Of a DNA stretch of 64,000 nucleotides, positions 28,997 to 41,166 are shown piece by piece. Position 1 is the stretch's first letter, and each line of letters starts with the position of its first letter. This DNA comes from Sedimentisphaerales bacterium (lineage in GTDB: Bacteria; Planctomycetota; Phycisphaerae; Sedimentisphaerales; SM23-30). The stretch covers positions 1 through 64,000 of the forward strand of contig CAXXFK010000038.1 in NCBI GenBank assembly GCA_963663965.2, given 5' to 3'. Made by a program: the position numbers and the translations under genes. The notes beneath the pieces are model-generated. The model was not told the DNA's origin and ran no database searches. It worked only from the letters and a program-made list of their open reading frames with translations.

Positions 28997-31750
28997 TTAA
29001 ATCAGTGGTATACCGTTATTGATACGTTCGTAGGCGGAGAGGTAGCTGGCAACCATGTTGTCCAGGTTCCAGCGCTTACGTGCTTCAAGCATAATCCGGC
29101 GTGCCTGTTCTTCCCAGATGCCGGGATTTTTTCTGAAGAAACGCTGATGGAACACCGTGTGATGGAGGGCATACCACAATCCGCCAGAGTCGTAATCCTT
29201 GAATAACACCCCATTGCCCACATCTTCCGGGGCTCCGCGCGCCTTAAGACTCATCAGAGTGATTTTATCGCTATAGCCTCCTGTCGCACGATTGGTGGCA
29301 GTGGCGCCATACAGATTGCCCATGACATCGATCTGGCCAAACGGTTCGTAAAGAGAAGCGCCGAAAACATCGCTGGCGGCGGCATAACCCAGTTTGCATA
29401 AATCTTCAGTATAATAATGGTAGGCGATTTTCCCGCCGGACGCATAAGCGATTCGTCCCAGGATTTCGGTATGAGAGCGATCCGTACCAACCGGATTGCC
29501 TACCACGGCCATTTGAACATCGCCATATTCGATCACAAACCGTAAGGCAATATCTTCGAGTAATTCAACGCCTTTCTGGGTCGGATCGAGCCTGGAGGGC
29601 CAGAAGAGCAAAATGGCATCGGGATCGACATTCAATCCCATCCGCTTCTGGAATTTGATCAGGTTGAGTTTTTTGGCCTCGATAATATCGCTATCGGGAC
29701 CAAATCTGCGGGCGAGTCCGGGCTGGTCAACCTCGGAATTTTCGGGTTGATTTTCGGGGTATTCATCCGGCGAAATGCCATTATAGATGGTCATTGCTGT
29801 ACCGGAATAGTATTTCGCCTTGGTTTCCATACGAACGGTCCAGGGAATAATCGGCCGGTCGTTAAAGTAGTCATTAACCACTTCATGGAGAAATGTTTTG
29901 CCAACATAATTGATGGCGGTGGCATTTTTAATGGCAGTGGCCTGGGAATCAATGCAATCCTGACCAAAATCCCAGGTCAGGAAACAGTTGTCACGGAATT
30001 TGCCGACATTGATTCCGTGCAGCATGGAAAGCGGAATGTTGGCGGTATGGGTATTGTGAACGGTATGAAGGAGCCCAATCCCGCGTTTGTTGGCGTAGGA
30101 GGAGATCAAGCCGCCGGCCATCCAGTCGTGCGAGTGGATAATCCCACGGCCTTCGTATTTGCTGCGTATTTCCTTGATATAGGTATTGACCGCCGCACGC
30201 TGAAATTCGGCCGCGGTTTCAATCGGATTGCCCTCGTAAGCGCTTTGATAATCTTCGAAAATCGATGAGGTTACCAGGTGGATATTCTGGGGATCGAGCT
30301 TATGACGATTATGGATCCATTCCATGTCGGACATGCGGGCTTCTTCGCGAAAGCGGCGTTGCAAATTGAGCGTGATCAGATGAGCAGCGATTTTACGCTC
30401 GGTCAGCCCTTTGCAGATGGCGGAAACGACCTGGCCCATGCCGCCACTTTTACCGGAAACGAACTGGGCGAACTGCCCCATGCCCTGGGTAGGCAGGCGG
30501 TCAATTTCCGGGGTAATAATGATCACCGGAGTGACTTCAATATTTTTACGAACATTAAAACTTTTAATCGCGTAATTCAGTTTGTCGAGATTACGAGTCA
30601 GCAGGAACGTCGCGGTGGAAAGCGACCCGTAAGGGCTGAAATAATCGTGCACGGCGCGATCGGCGCCCTTGCCTTCATGCAAATAATAAAGATGATCCGA
30701 CGTAGTAAGCATCCGCCATTTATTGAGATAGCGGTCTCCGGCGGCCCGGGCCGGTTTTTCCATTTCTTCCAGTTCCTGGAAGAGGGTGTATTGGGTCTGC
30801 GTTCCCAGCCAACCGTAGGTGTTGCGTTCGACATCCGCCCAGGACGAGGTGCTGAGGGGGTGAATATCGATGGTGGGGCAGGAAACATTATTGAACATTT
30901 CGGCGATTTCAGAGGGATTGGCCAGTTTGATGGAATGAAACCTGGTCAGCGCGGCCGGCAACGCGCGCCAGAAATTGAAAATGCCTTTGTCTTCCCAGAT
31001 ATGTTCACCAATATGTTCGTAGTCATAACCCAGAACCACCGCTTCGCCGTCAACCAGAGCGATATTGGCGGCATATTCATCGGCAGTAAGCGGGGCATGA
31101 GGAAACCGGAAGGCGACATCGTCGCTCAGATGACGATTACGCGCCAGTACGATCATATCGCGTGGGCGGTTGCGACGGCCTTTGGCGCGAAAAACCGCGT
31201 TCGGGGAAATAGGCTGGCCACTCTGAGGAGTGAACATGTCATCCCGTTGTTCACAGAGGATCGCTTTGAAACCCATATCCGCAACAACATTGGCCACTTC
31301 ATTGTTATACATCAATTCAGTATTACGGAAACTGGTGGGTTTCAGTCCAAACAATTGAACCATTTTCTGACGATGCATGGAAACCTGATCGCGAAATTCT
31401 TTTTTTTCCGGTTCATGGAAGAGTCCGGTCAGGGAATGATAATAGGTTTCTTCCAGATATTCGACCTGATTATGCGCCTTGCCGGCATCAAGCAGTTCCT
31501 GTAATGCGATAATGACCTGCGGTTCGTATAACTCAGCCTGTTCCAGAAAAACACCTGACATACTGAAGCAGACTTTAAAATGAGGGTGAGCCGCCACTAA
31601 TTCTGTAAACATTCGGGTGGCGGGCAGATAATTCTTTTTGGCAACCTTCTTAAAAATTTCACGGTTATTATCATCCCAGAGGAATTTGTTGGGATCCGGA
31701 TGCAGCCGGAAGGGCTGATGCAATTCGAAGTATAGAGTTAGAAGAGGCAT
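28997..31750 (-). CDS. Fusion of GH57 amylase-type hydrolase (N-term) and GT5 glycogen/starch synthase (C-term)
   Basis: GH57: ELHQP, ETYYHSL, FRNTEL, DYEHIGEH, SSWAD, TSDHLYY. GT5: KSGGMG, HSHDW, HTVHN, RLDPTQKG, SLYEPFG. Single uninterrupted 917-aa ORF. Confidence 0.85.
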   Translation of the reverse strand: MPLLTLYFELHQPFRLHPDPNKFLWDDNNREIFKKVAKKNYLPATRMFTELVAAHPHFKVCFSMSGVFLEQAELYEPQVIIALQELLDAGKAHNQVEYLEETYYHSLTGLFHEPEKKEFRDQVSMHRQKMVQLFGLKPTSFRNTELMYNNEVANVVADMGFKAILCEQRDDMFTPQSGQPISPNAVFRAKGRRNRPRDMIVLARNRHLSDDVAFRFPHAPLTADEYAANIALVDGEAVVLGYDYEHIGEHIWEDKGIFNFWRALPAALTRFHSIKLANPSEIAEMFNNVSCPTIDIHPLSTSSWADVERNTYGWLGTQTQYTLFQELEEMEKPARAAGDRYLNKWRMLTTSDHLYYLHEGKGADRAVHDYFSPYGSLSTATFLLTRNLDKLNYAIKSFNVRKNIEVTPVIIITPEIDRLPTQGMGQFAQFVSGKSGGMGQVVSAICKGLTERKIAAHLITLNLQRRFREEARMSDMEWIHNRHKLDPQNIHLVTSSIFEDYQSAYEGNPIETAAEFQRAAVNTYIKEIRSKYEGRGIIHSHDWMAGGLISSYANKRGIGLLHTVHNTHTANIPLSMLHGINVGKFRDNCFLTWDFGQDCIDSQATAIKNATAINYVGKTFLHEVVNDYFNDRPIIPWTVRMETKAKYYSGTAMTIYNGISPDEYPENQPENSEVDQPGLARRFGPDSDIIEAKKLNLIKFQKRMGLNVDPDAILLFWPSRLDPTQKGVELLEDIALRFVIEYGDVQMAVVGNPVGTDRSHTEILGRIAYASGGKIAYHYYTEDLCKLGYAAASDVFGASLYEPFGQIDVMGNLYGATATNRATGGYSDKITLMSLKARGAPEDVGNGVLFKDYDSGGLWYALHHTVFHQRFFRKNPGIWEEQARRIMLEARKRWNLDNMVASYLSAYERINNGIPLI

Positions 31751-32263
31751 AAGTTCTCCGAGGTAAAAGAGTTATATCGTTCACTATTATTCCGGAACGC
31801 CAATAGATGCCTTTATTTTTATTTTACCTCATAACTAATGATTAATCAATGAGTTGCTAAAAAACGTCCATTTTATGATTTAAGATTCCGTTAAAATTAT
31901 TGTAAAGGTTACAGATCTCATTATCAGGTCAACGGGGGGTGAATCAATCTGGAATCAAATGAATTCCCTGATACCAGGAGTTGACTGCTATCTGGTTAGA
32001 ACCGATAAGGTTAATAATATGTTTTGATGGTGTCTGGGGGAAGCGAAACTGTCATTTCATTTTCTATGGTATGATTGTAATTCGCTAACTACCATGACGT
32101 ATACCCAATGGATAAGAAAATTCCCGATCGCTCGCAACATAAGTAATTACTCGTAAAAGACTTAAATCACGGCCCAGCGGGCATTTTTGATCGTAAACGG
32201 TATAAAGTAAGTGATGCTTTTATTTCTTATCAGGCGATCCGTATTGCCGCAAACAGGGATATT

Positions 32264-33514
32264 ATGAATATACGAATTCTCACGACAATCAATGAACTAA
32301 TCAGCACCTTATCCTACGCGATGGATGTGGAGCAACGGGGAAAACAATATCATGGGTGGCGTACGGCGGTTCTGGTGGCCACTCTCACTGACATTATGGA
32401 CCTGGAAAGACGAAGAGAATTATTCTATGCTGCTTTACTCCATGACATCGGCGGGATCGGTTCGGATCATTTTGATTTGCATCAGTTTCGTGAAGTGAGC
32501 GATGAAATGCCAGATGAGATCATCGGGCATTCAGACATATCCGCCCGAATCGTCGAAAAAATACCCGGCCTGTCTTCGATGCGTCAGCCACTCAAGGAAC
32601 ATCACGAGCACTGGGATGGATCGGGTTATCCTCGTGGATTGAAACAGGCCGAATTAACGCTGGAAGGCCAGATTCTGGGGCTTGCGGATCATTTGGATGT
32701 CATTTTTCGTGGCGATGAAGAATTTACCCGAGATTCAATCATTACCAGAATCAGAAATTTTAGTGGGCGTTTATTTTCACCTTATTTGATCGATCATGCA
32801 ACCACTACTTTTTCCATGATACATCCAGGTCAATTGATCAACACTTTGGATCTGACACTCTTGCCGGAGACTTTTTCGATCTGTAAGGATATGGTTGGCG
32901 CGGTCGTGGTCCCGGAGGAGCCAGCTATTCTGGACAAGGCATTAAACATTTTTGCGGAAGTGATTGATACCAAACATTCTTATACCCGTGGTCATTCACG
33001 GCGGGTCGCAGAATACGCAACCTGCATCGCGCGAGAACTGGGCATTGGAGGCGAACCGCTTGTCACACTGCGATGGGCAGGTTTGCTGCATGATATTGGT
33101 AAATTATGTGTGCCAATCGATATATTGGATAAAACCTCCAGTTTAAGCGATCAGGAATATCAAACGGTAAAGCATCATGCGTATTACAGCTACGAACTGA
33201 TAAAAAAGATCACTGATTTGAGACCCATTGCTCTGGCGGCCGCCGCACATCATGAACGGCTGGATGGACGCGGTTATCCCTTTGGTCTCAACGAGGCGGC
33301 AATACCCTTCGAGGCTAAAATTCTCTGTGTGGCCGATGCTTTTGACGCGTTAACTTCGGGCAGACCGTATCAAAAACCTCTCACTCAGGAAGAAATCAGC
33401 TCGATATTCGAAAGAAACATCGGCAAACAATTTGACGGACAGATTGTTAATGCCGGGTTACCTGTCCTGTTTGGCCGATTAACCGGTTATGCCAGCCGGA
33501 TACTGGCGATGTGA
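32264..33514 (+). CDS. Tandem HD-GYP phosphodiesterase
   Basis: Two HD-GYP units: LLHDIG...HHEHWDGSGYP and LLHDIGK...HHERLDGRGYP. Confidence 0.9.
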   Translation: MNIRILTTINELISTLSYAMDVEQRGKQYHGWRTAVLVATLTDIMDLERRRELFYAALLHDIGGIGSDHFDLHQFREVSDEMPDEIIGHSDISARIVEKIPGLSSMRQPLKEHHEHWDGSGYPRGLKQAELTLEGQILGLADHLDVIFRGDEEFTRDSIITRIRNFSGRLFSPYLIDHATTTFSMIHPGQLINTLDLTLLPETFSICKDMVGAVVVPEEPAILDKALNIFAEVIDTKHSYTRGHSRRVAEYATCIARELGIGGEPLVTLRWAGLLHDIGKLCVPIDILDKTSSLSDQEYQTVKHHAYYSYELIKKITDLRPIALAAAAHHERLDGRGYPFGLNEAAIPFEAKILCVADAFDALTSGRPYQKPLTQEEISSIFERNIGKQFDGQIVNAGLPVLFGRLTGYASRILAM

Positions 33515-34375
33515 TCAGGTGTTTTTATGCGTGATCAGCAGAGACGATCCCAGCGGAAAACCGGTATAGCGCGCCACTACCTCGCATTTGACCATGAACA
33601 GGAAGAAAATGGGAAATTTCGTATGACAGAGGGTTTCGTAATTACCCTGCCCCTTTGATATAATCAAGTCGGCATCGTGAAAATACTGTCGGAACGTTTC
33701 GGAACCATTCTCTAAAACTGTACCTGGGGCGTCGGATCCATTATCGATGATGGTGACAAGTTGATCCAGGCCGGCAAGACGGGCGTCCTGAAGTGTGGCG
33801 TCATTTAATACCGGGCTGTGACGAACCGCCAGGGTGATTTTATGATAAGGCAGGCACTCGATCAGCAGCCTGTCCAGAAATATTTCACCACAGTTATCGG
33901 CGAGATAGAGGATTTTATTCGCCTGGTGGACCGCCTGTTGAAACTGAGCAATGGAAACGCCCTTGATGGCTGTCAGGAGGGCGGTATCCAGCATGTTCTG
34001 GATATCATGACGGTTCAGAGAATGATTGATCCCGTAATCGATCAGATTGCCACCAATGGCCAGATGGATGGCAGCGGCAACCGGATCTGGAGCGGATTCA
34101 ATCGTTTGGCGCAAGACCGGCATCAGTTTCATGATAAATTCATTAGACTGGCGTTTGATGTCGAGATAGGGATCGGGATTGTTACAAATATCTCGAATTA
34201 AACGGTTCAGCAAGGAGGCTGTCGCAGGCGGCGATTGTGACAAATCGATTTCGCTCAGAAGCTTTAATACCGAACGATAGGCTCTCTCACGTAATTGTGG
34301 ATTGGGTGTGGCCAGAGCAATCGCAGTGTTCGCTTGTGAGACAAAACAGGGTAGGCAATCCAGGGTGGTGAACAT
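33515..34375 (-). CDS. DUF89/ARMT1-like damage-control phosphatase
   Basis: DCLPC, DPY, GNLIDYG, DNCGE, LNDAT, SKGQGNYE. Confidence 0.88.
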   Translation of the reverse strand: MFTTLDCLPCFVSQANTAIALATPNPQLRERAYRSVLKLLSEIDLSQSPPATASLLNRLIRDICNNPDPYLDIKRQSNEFIMKLMPVLRQTIESAPDPVAAAIHLAIGGNLIDYGINHSLNRHDIQNMLDTALLTAIKGVSIAQFQQAVHQANKILYLADNCGEIFLDRLLIECLPYHKITLAVRHSPVLNDATLQDARLAGLDQLVTIIDNGSDAPGTVLENGSETFRQYFHDADLIISKGQGNYETLCHTKFPIFFLFMVKCEVVARYTGFPLGSSLLITHKNT

Positions 34376-34380
34376 GATCG

Positions 34381-35542
34381 TTATGCTTTGGTGATGTCGA
34401 GAATGAATCCCAGGGTTTGGAGTTTGTTTTGAAGCGTTGGATCGGGTTGGCTGAGGATGATCCGGGTATTGCACGCTTCACGTCTGACCGGGTAGTTTTT
34501 GCGGAGTTGATCGAACGCGATGGGGCGGTTAGCCGCCGGCAAGTCAGCCGTCTGGCGAAGATGAGTGTCATCTCTGACCAGGTCATAGATTGCGGTCATG
34601 GCCTGATAGAGCATTTCCTGATGGGATTGAGAACGGTTATCAAGATAAAGTTCGGGGAGGTATGGCGCGGGGAGCAGGCAGTCGATCTCGAGTCGGTCAT
34701 CGGTATCGAGGAATTCACAGAGTTTTCGATAAAGCGTTGTTGTGCCGTTAATTTTACCTTCAAAGGAATATCCGGCGACATGGGGAGTGGCGATATCAGT
34801 CAGTTTGAGCAACTCGAAATCAAGGGCCGGTTCGTTTTCCCAGACATCGAGAATGACCGGGCCGACTGTTCCGGCCTGGATAGCGGCTTTGAGCGCCTGG
34901 TTGTTCACGACAGGGCCCCGGGAGGCGTTGACCAGAATCGCGCCGGGTTTTAACCGAGCCAGCAGTTTATCATTAATAAGGTGAAAGGTCGGATCGGGCC
35001 CGGAACGAGTCAGGGGGCGTATGACAGGTGACAATATCGGATTGAGCGATCACATCATCCAGGGGGAGGTAACGGGGATCACCAGTCTGGCGTGCCAGGG
35101 GCGGATCATTCAACAGAACATTGAAACCCAGGGCCGGGGCAATACGATTGATGATGGAACCGATATTGCCCACGCCGATAATGCCGAGAGTTTTGCCAGT
35201 TAAATCAAGATGATGACGGCGCGCCACCACGAGCAGGGCGGTCATGACGTATTCGGCGACGGAATTGGCATTGCAGCCGGCGGCACAGGAAAAACAGATT
35301 TTTTGACTTTGCAAGTAGGATTGATCGATATGATCCGTACCTATGGTAGCGGTACCAACGAATCGGACAGTTGTATTATCCAGAAGGTTTTTATCGACAG
35401 TGGTAATCGAACGCACCAGGAGAACCTGTGCGTCGCTGACAATGGCATTGTTCATATTACGACCGGGGTAACAATAGATTTTACCAAATCTGGAGAATAT
35501 TTCTTTAACAAGCGGGATATTCTCGTCGGCAACAATTTTCAT
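34381..35542 (-). CDS. pdxB: 4-phosphoerythronate dehydrogenase; frameshift at G5 run 35013-35017
   Basis: MKIVADENIP, LVRSIT, GTATIGTDH, GCNANSVAEY, G.GNIG, then NASRG, DVWENEP, TPHVAGYS. The halves join as CHTPLTR if one base is removed. Confidence 0.88.
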
Positions 35543-35923
35543 TAGTGGTTTCCACCGGATGGCGATTATTGGTCAGTCTTTCACAAGTAGCGTTTCGATT
35601 AAAACATCAATTATAGTTAGAACTCGAGAGGTTTCAAGTTGTTAATTCGAACAGGATCCCATGAAATAATAACCGGATCGACCTTAATGTCAAGGATACC
35701 GCCCAATGAGTATAACTTTAATAAAGTCATTTAGTTATAAAAGCTATAGGCCTTATGAAGGATAGGAGTTGTGTAAAAATCAAACCAGAATATTGGTGGA
35801 TCACTTTTGTTTTAGATGTACAGATCCAACGAGTTATCCAACAAACTTAAACTGGAGAAGATATCGGAAACCAAACGAACCCAATTTGGGGAAATTAAGC
35901 CATAAGTCCTTTATGTAAAAGAC

Positions 35924-36865
35924 TTAAAAGGTTTTGTCTTCAAGAGAGGAAATATTCAAAAATTCTACAGGTTCTTCGAATGCGATACGGCTGCGATCGA
36001 TCTTGCCCATACCCAAAGCGATGCTCACCTGATCATTCTGTAATGCCAGGCGGTCATATTGGCTCTTTAAATCCGCAAGTTGTTTATCAAGTCGGGATAA
36101 TAAGATCATCGGATCTCGGCCTGTCATAATCATCTCGACGATTGTCCGGTTTGTTAGATCAAAATGCATGTTAATCAGGCCAATTTGGCCCAGTGTTCTT
36201 TTAACTCCCACAGCAAGTTTTGGGTTTGTTTGATAAATATGGGTTTGGGTCTTGGTTAATTCAATAGCCCGGACGATTTCCAGGGTATTCACTTGGGATT
36301 CATTAATACTCCGCCATTGATGATTCAAATCCATGCAGGTTTCATAGATCTGGATTGCTTTTACAGGGTGAAGGGCAGGTAATGAAGTGATGTCTGGCAG
36401 ATTGGGGTCTGTAGCGCTTTCACCAGTAAGATCCTTATAAATTTCCTTGCCTGAATCATATTCATTTGGATCGCCAGGTAGAAGCGAATAGGGTTTTCCT
36501 CCCGGATAATATGGATACTGAATGATATCAAACACCTTGGCGTTGACCTGTTTTTGATATCTCGGTATCCAGTATCTCGTCTTAACCCCTTTTGAATCAT
36601 AGACTTTAGAATTCTTCTGAGATTCAGAGGCTTTGATTAAGATCTGATCGATTGAGAGCCCATGCTGATTCGATTTAATTGTGTTTTTTTTCTGTTTTTC
36701 GTCATTCGTAATCAGTTTATCGGGTATGACCGTCTGTTCCAGCGATGATGACTCTACGGAATTGCTGCCTTTATCGACAGAATTTGTTGTTTCGCTGGTT
36801 TGAGCCGAAAGATCAAGTGAAATCGAATAAATTACTACAATACATATAAAATTATATAATTTCAT
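35924..36865 (-). CDS. Hypothetical secreted protein
   Basis: 313-aa ORF with N-terminal signal-like segment; no family recognised. Confidence 0.55.
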   Translation of the reverse strand: MKLYNFICIVVIYSISLDLSAQTSETTNSVDKGSNSVESSSLEQTVIPDKLITNDEKQKKNTIKSNQHGLSIDQILIKASESQKNSKVYDSKGVKTRYWIPRYQKQVNAKVFDIIQYPYYPGGKPYSLLPGDPNEYDSGKEIYKDLTGESATDPNLPDITSLPALHPVKAIQIYETCMDLNHQWRSINESQVNTLEIVRAIELTKTQTHIYQTNPKLAVGVKRTLGQIGLINMHFDLTNRTIVEMIMTGRDPMILLSRLDKQLADLKSQYDRLALQNDQVSIALGMGKIDRSRIAFEEPVEFLNISSLEDKTF

Positions 36866-37198
36866 AACTGTTTAATTTATAGATATTTGTTAAAAAACTG
36901 TCAGGTAGTGTTTCATTAATCATATCGTCACGAAAGTTTCTGATGGTTGATAAAATTGAGAGAATTGCCTGTTAATTAAACGGCTTACAAAAGTTAAATT
37001 GTGTCAAATAAAAAAAATGGGTATGTTTGAACCAGAAATATTGATTTTATCGATTAAAGAGAATAGAATGATCTTTCCATTTTTAATAGTTGGATGTGAG
37101 GAACAGAGACTTTGCCATAAGGTCTGTTAGGCCGTGCTTTGTGTTATTTTCATAGCATTCAGCTGAGGCCGATACTCAAGAAACTGATAAGGACAATA

Positions 37199-39918
37199 AT
37201 GACTAACAAAAGGATTGAACTGTTTATGATCTTAATCAGCCAGGCGCTTGGATGTGCGGGTTGGCTGAACTCACAGATATATGCTGTGGATATCAATATA
37301 CCGACGGATCACCCGACTATACAAGCAGCTATCGATGCTGCTGCTGATGGTGATGTTATAATTCTGGCTCAGGATACTTATACCGGAGATGGTAATTGTG
37401 ATCTGATTTTTTCTGGAAAAAAAATAACCATAAGAAGTACTGAACCTGATGACCCTGATATAGTGGCCGCAACCATAATCGATTGTGATGGTAACGTCGC
37501 GGCGAATCATCGTGCTTTTATTTTTAATAACAGTGAAGATAGTGAGGCTGTAGTAGATGGCCTGACCATCCAAAATGGTTATCATGAAAATGGTGGGGCC
37601 GTCTGGTGTTGGAATACATCTCCCTCAATAAATAGATGTGTTTTTAAAAATAACACAAGTGTCGGGATTGGCGGAGCGGTCGCATGTCAAAATGAAGCCA
37701 TGGTTACTATCGCTGGTTGCATTTTTCAACAAAATCAGGCATTGTTCGTTCAAGGTTCTATCAGTGGTGTGGGGGGAGCTGTTGCTTGTGATAGTTCCAG
37801 TGAAGTATACTTATCAAATGCGATAATTTCTGATAATTATGCTCAGATATGGGGAGGTGCAGTATATCTGGACCAGAGTTTGGCTAGGGTTGAAAATTGT
37901 ATTTTTAGTGGAAATTACGCCGTGAATTTTGGGGGTGCTGTCTATGGAAATCTTTCTGATATTCTGATTACTAATTGTTCGATAACAGAAAATCGTGCGG
38001 AATTCCGCGGGGGAGCAATTTCAGCTTCTGAAGGAACGATGACTATCATTGGTTCAATCGTCTGGAATAATGAAATTTTAGATACTGTGACTGGTATTGG
38101 CCCGCAAATTAAAATTACCGGTGATGAACAGGATGAGCTGAATGTGCAATACAGCAACATAGATGGAGGAGTGGCTCACAATGAAGATGGGTTGCAAATC
38201 CCATTGACTGGAAACGGCAATATTGACAGCGATCCGCTTTTTATTACAAATGGTTCCTGGAGCGACAATGGAACTCCGGAAGATTTTTCCGATGACATCT
38301 GGACAGGCGGTGATTATCGTTTACTGGATAGTTCGCCCTGCCGCAACGCCGGTGATGACAGCGTATTCGAGCGAGAAATAGATCCAGTACTGACGGACTT
38401 GGTTGGCACAACCAGAAAGTTGGGGAGTGGAGTGGATATGGGAGTCTATGAAATGACTCCTCCGGACGGGCCGGATATTACTGGTGAATTTTATAGCAAT
38501 AGTCTCTATGATGTGATGGTGCCTTTTGACAAGGGTAAGATCAGTGTATTGATTTCCAATGTGGGTAACGCAGATGCCATTGCGACTACCTATATGAAAA
38601 TATATCTGTCATCGGATACGTTCTTCGATACCAGCGATATTGAATTGGCGACGGCGACTGTCAAATTGAAACTCAAAGCTGGCGCCAGTAAGGCATATAA
38701 AGCCAGTGTGATCATCCCGGCGGATGTTGCTACGGGAAGTTATTATCTTTTGGCAAAATTGGATTCAAATAATGATTTGATCGAGTCGGATGATAGTCTG
38801 CGTAGCAATATCGCAGTTGATTCGACAGTACGTGAACTCGCATGGAAATTTGGCGCTATCCCCAATCGCAAGGCGGTGAAGTTAAAACTATTGGATGCTA
38901 CGGGGGCGTTTGTGACGTTTTCCCTTTCGGTAATGGGATTGGACAGATAGCCTCAAGCGATTTCAGTCAGATTATAGTAACAGGAACCGATAGTGCCAGT
39001 AAACTTTCAATTAAACCTACTTCAAAAGTAGAACCATTTGAGATCGGCAATGTGCTAATTTCAGGGGCGTTAGGCAGTATTAATGCAAAGACGACCAATC
39101 TTAATGGCAGTATTCAATCGCTGGGATACGTCAAGGCAATCGCGTTACAAAACGTACAACCACGGGTAGGGGGGAATTTAATTTCAATTGCCGGTCAGCC
39201 ACAGAATGAAGCGGAAACAATCTCTTTATCGTTTAAAGATGTTTACGATTTGAATGTCAGTGCCCAGAATTTTTCTCTTAAATCGATTAAAGCGAATTTC
39301 TGGAAAGATTCTGACGGTCAGGAAGATGAGATTGTGGCGCTTGATATCGGCAAAATCAGCATAAAAGGTGATTTTGAGCCTAATACAGTTACTTCGGTTT
39401 CAATCGATAGTATCAGTGTTGGAGGGGATTTCCTTGCCTCTCTAGTCTTGTCGGGGAATGATGTGTCTCAGGTGACATTGGGTAAGGTCTCTATTAAAGG
39501 CATGTTGAGAGAGGCGAGTTGGCTGATTGAAGGCGATGTGGGTTCTTTGTCTATGCAGGCTATGGATAATAGTGCTATTTACGTTGGTGTATCGAATGCC
39601 TTGACTTCATTGACAGGTGAACAGGATGATTTCATCCGGCAGGATATGATCAAATCTTTAAGAATATCGGGTAGCGAAAACGGTGTTGTTTTTGAAAACA
39701 GTGAAATTGCAGTCTGGTCTCTGGGTAAACTGTATTTACCCGGGGGGGCTGATGGCAGTGGCATTATTCAATATGCGATAGCGAGCAGTATTTCAGAGAT
39801 TCCAGACAATATTGAGGAGCAGGTCGTCGTTTCTGACTCGAATAATCAAAGCCAGATGGATCATTCCGATTGGATAGCAGAACTTATATTTTTATTGACA
39901 CATTCCTCAACAATTTGA
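37199..39918 (+). CDS. Secreted right-handed beta-helix protein (GGA-repeat type) with CARDB-like and C-terminal solenoid regions; frameshift ~38929
   Basis: PTIQAAIDAAADGD, GLTIQNG, repeated N.A..GGAV, GNIDSDPLF, DYRL..SPCRNAG, VDMGVYE, YLSSD...G.YYLLA..D. Joins as FSLSGNGIGQ with one extra G. Confidence 0.72.
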
Positions 39919-39996
39919 AATAACTTTAAGGAAAAGTGACGGGTATAGAGGAAAGTGTTTTTGGCAAAGAAGAAAAGCCTTTTTTAATGGTAATAA

Positions 39997-41160
39997 ATGG
40001 AAGTGCGAAAAGAGAGTCTTCTCATTTACTATTTATATATCCTACTTCTTTTGGTATCAATTACCAACAGTGCCAGGTCAGCACAGAGTGTTAGTGTCGA
40101 TATTGGCTATCAGGGTAATCCGGCAATAGGTAATGGTATTTATGTCTGGGAACAAACAATCGATCAGGGACAGCATTATGATATTTATGGCCGATTTTCC
40201 TGTGATGATGAAATTCGACGCCTCTCCAGTTCCGGGCAGGCGCGTTGGCCGGATATTTATAAGGATTTAGTGATCTGGTCCGATAAACGTCGCGGTGTTT
40301 ACGATATATGGGGTTATGATCTAAAAGCGAGTAAGGAATTTGAAATATGCCGTATGGACGATAACCAGATATACCCTGCCATTCATAATAACATCATAGT
40401 ATGGGTCACTGGTGAATATCCCTGCTGGCCAGCCGTTTGGGGCTATTCACTGAATTCAAAGTGTGCGTTTAAAATTTGTGATACTCCCGGTAATAAATGG
40501 AGACCTGACATCTTCGATAATCGAGTGGTGTGGGGGGATTATCGAACTGGAAACTGGGATATCTATTGCTCGGATATCAGTAATTTTAATGATCCCAATG
40601 AGATGGTTATTGATAGTAGTGGAAAATACCAACGCAGCGCGGTGATTTATGGTACTCTGATTGCTTATGAAGATGGTCCCAATCTGGGAATTTATGATCT
40701 GGTATCAAAGCAAAAATCTTCTTATCCAACAGGTCTGATTAATGATCTGGATATATATGATAATCAAGTTGTGGTTTCTCAGTGGGGGGGCGCCACTAAC
40801 GGATACGATATCTGGGGTTATCGGATCAGTCGCCGTTTTGGTTTAAAGATTACACCGTATACAATTGCCTGCAATAAGTCGGATCAATACTGTGTGGTTT
40901 TAGATGGGCAAAAGGTTTTGTGGTGTGATGATTCTATCTGCGGATATTATCAGCGTGATATTTATTATAGCATGCTGGAGCCTTTATTGGCCGCGCTCCC
41001 CAGCGAATATCCGGATCTAAAAACATTAAGCATTCTTGGCCGTTCCTGGAAGTCAATCGGAACTTCACTCGAAGGTGATATCGATCAGAATGGCGAAGTC
41101 GAAATGGGAGATCTGGGATTATTTATTCAGATTTATCGTTCTGGAACTTTGATTAATTAA
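39997..41160 (+). CDS. Secreted beta-propeller repeat protein with dockerin-like tail
   Basis: Repeated P(D/A)I....V(I/V)W.D.R...(Y/W)DI..Y; C-terminal GDIDQNGEVEMGDL. Confidence 0.72.
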   Translation: MEVRKESLLIYYLYILLLLVSITNSARSAQSVSVDIGYQGNPAIGNGIYVWEQTIDQGQHYDIYGRFSCDDEIRRLSSSGQARWPDIYKDLVIWSDKRRGVYDIWGYDLKASKEFEICRMDDNQIYPAIHNNIIVWVTGEYPCWPAVWGYSLNSKCAFKICDTPGNKWRPDIFDNRVVWGDYRTGNWDIYCSDISNFNDPNEMVIDSSGKYQRSAVIYGTLIAYEDGPNLGIYDLVSKQKSSYPTGLINDLDIYDNQVVVSQWGGATNGYDIWGYRISRRFGLKITPYTIACNKSDQYCVVLDGQKVLWCDDSICGYYQRDIYYSMLEPLLAALPSEYPDLKTLSILGRSWKSIGTSLEGDIDQNGEVEMGDLGLFIQIYRSGTLIN

Positions 41161-41166
41161 TTTGGA

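Noticed and set aside
30278..31504. 408-aa plus-strand ORF (also 47069..48001 and 59035..59922)
   Set aside because: Antisense shadows of well-supported genes.
35005..35025. Programmed ribosomal frameshift in pdxB
   Set aside because: A simple homopolymer indel among many in the region; I know of no recoding in this family.
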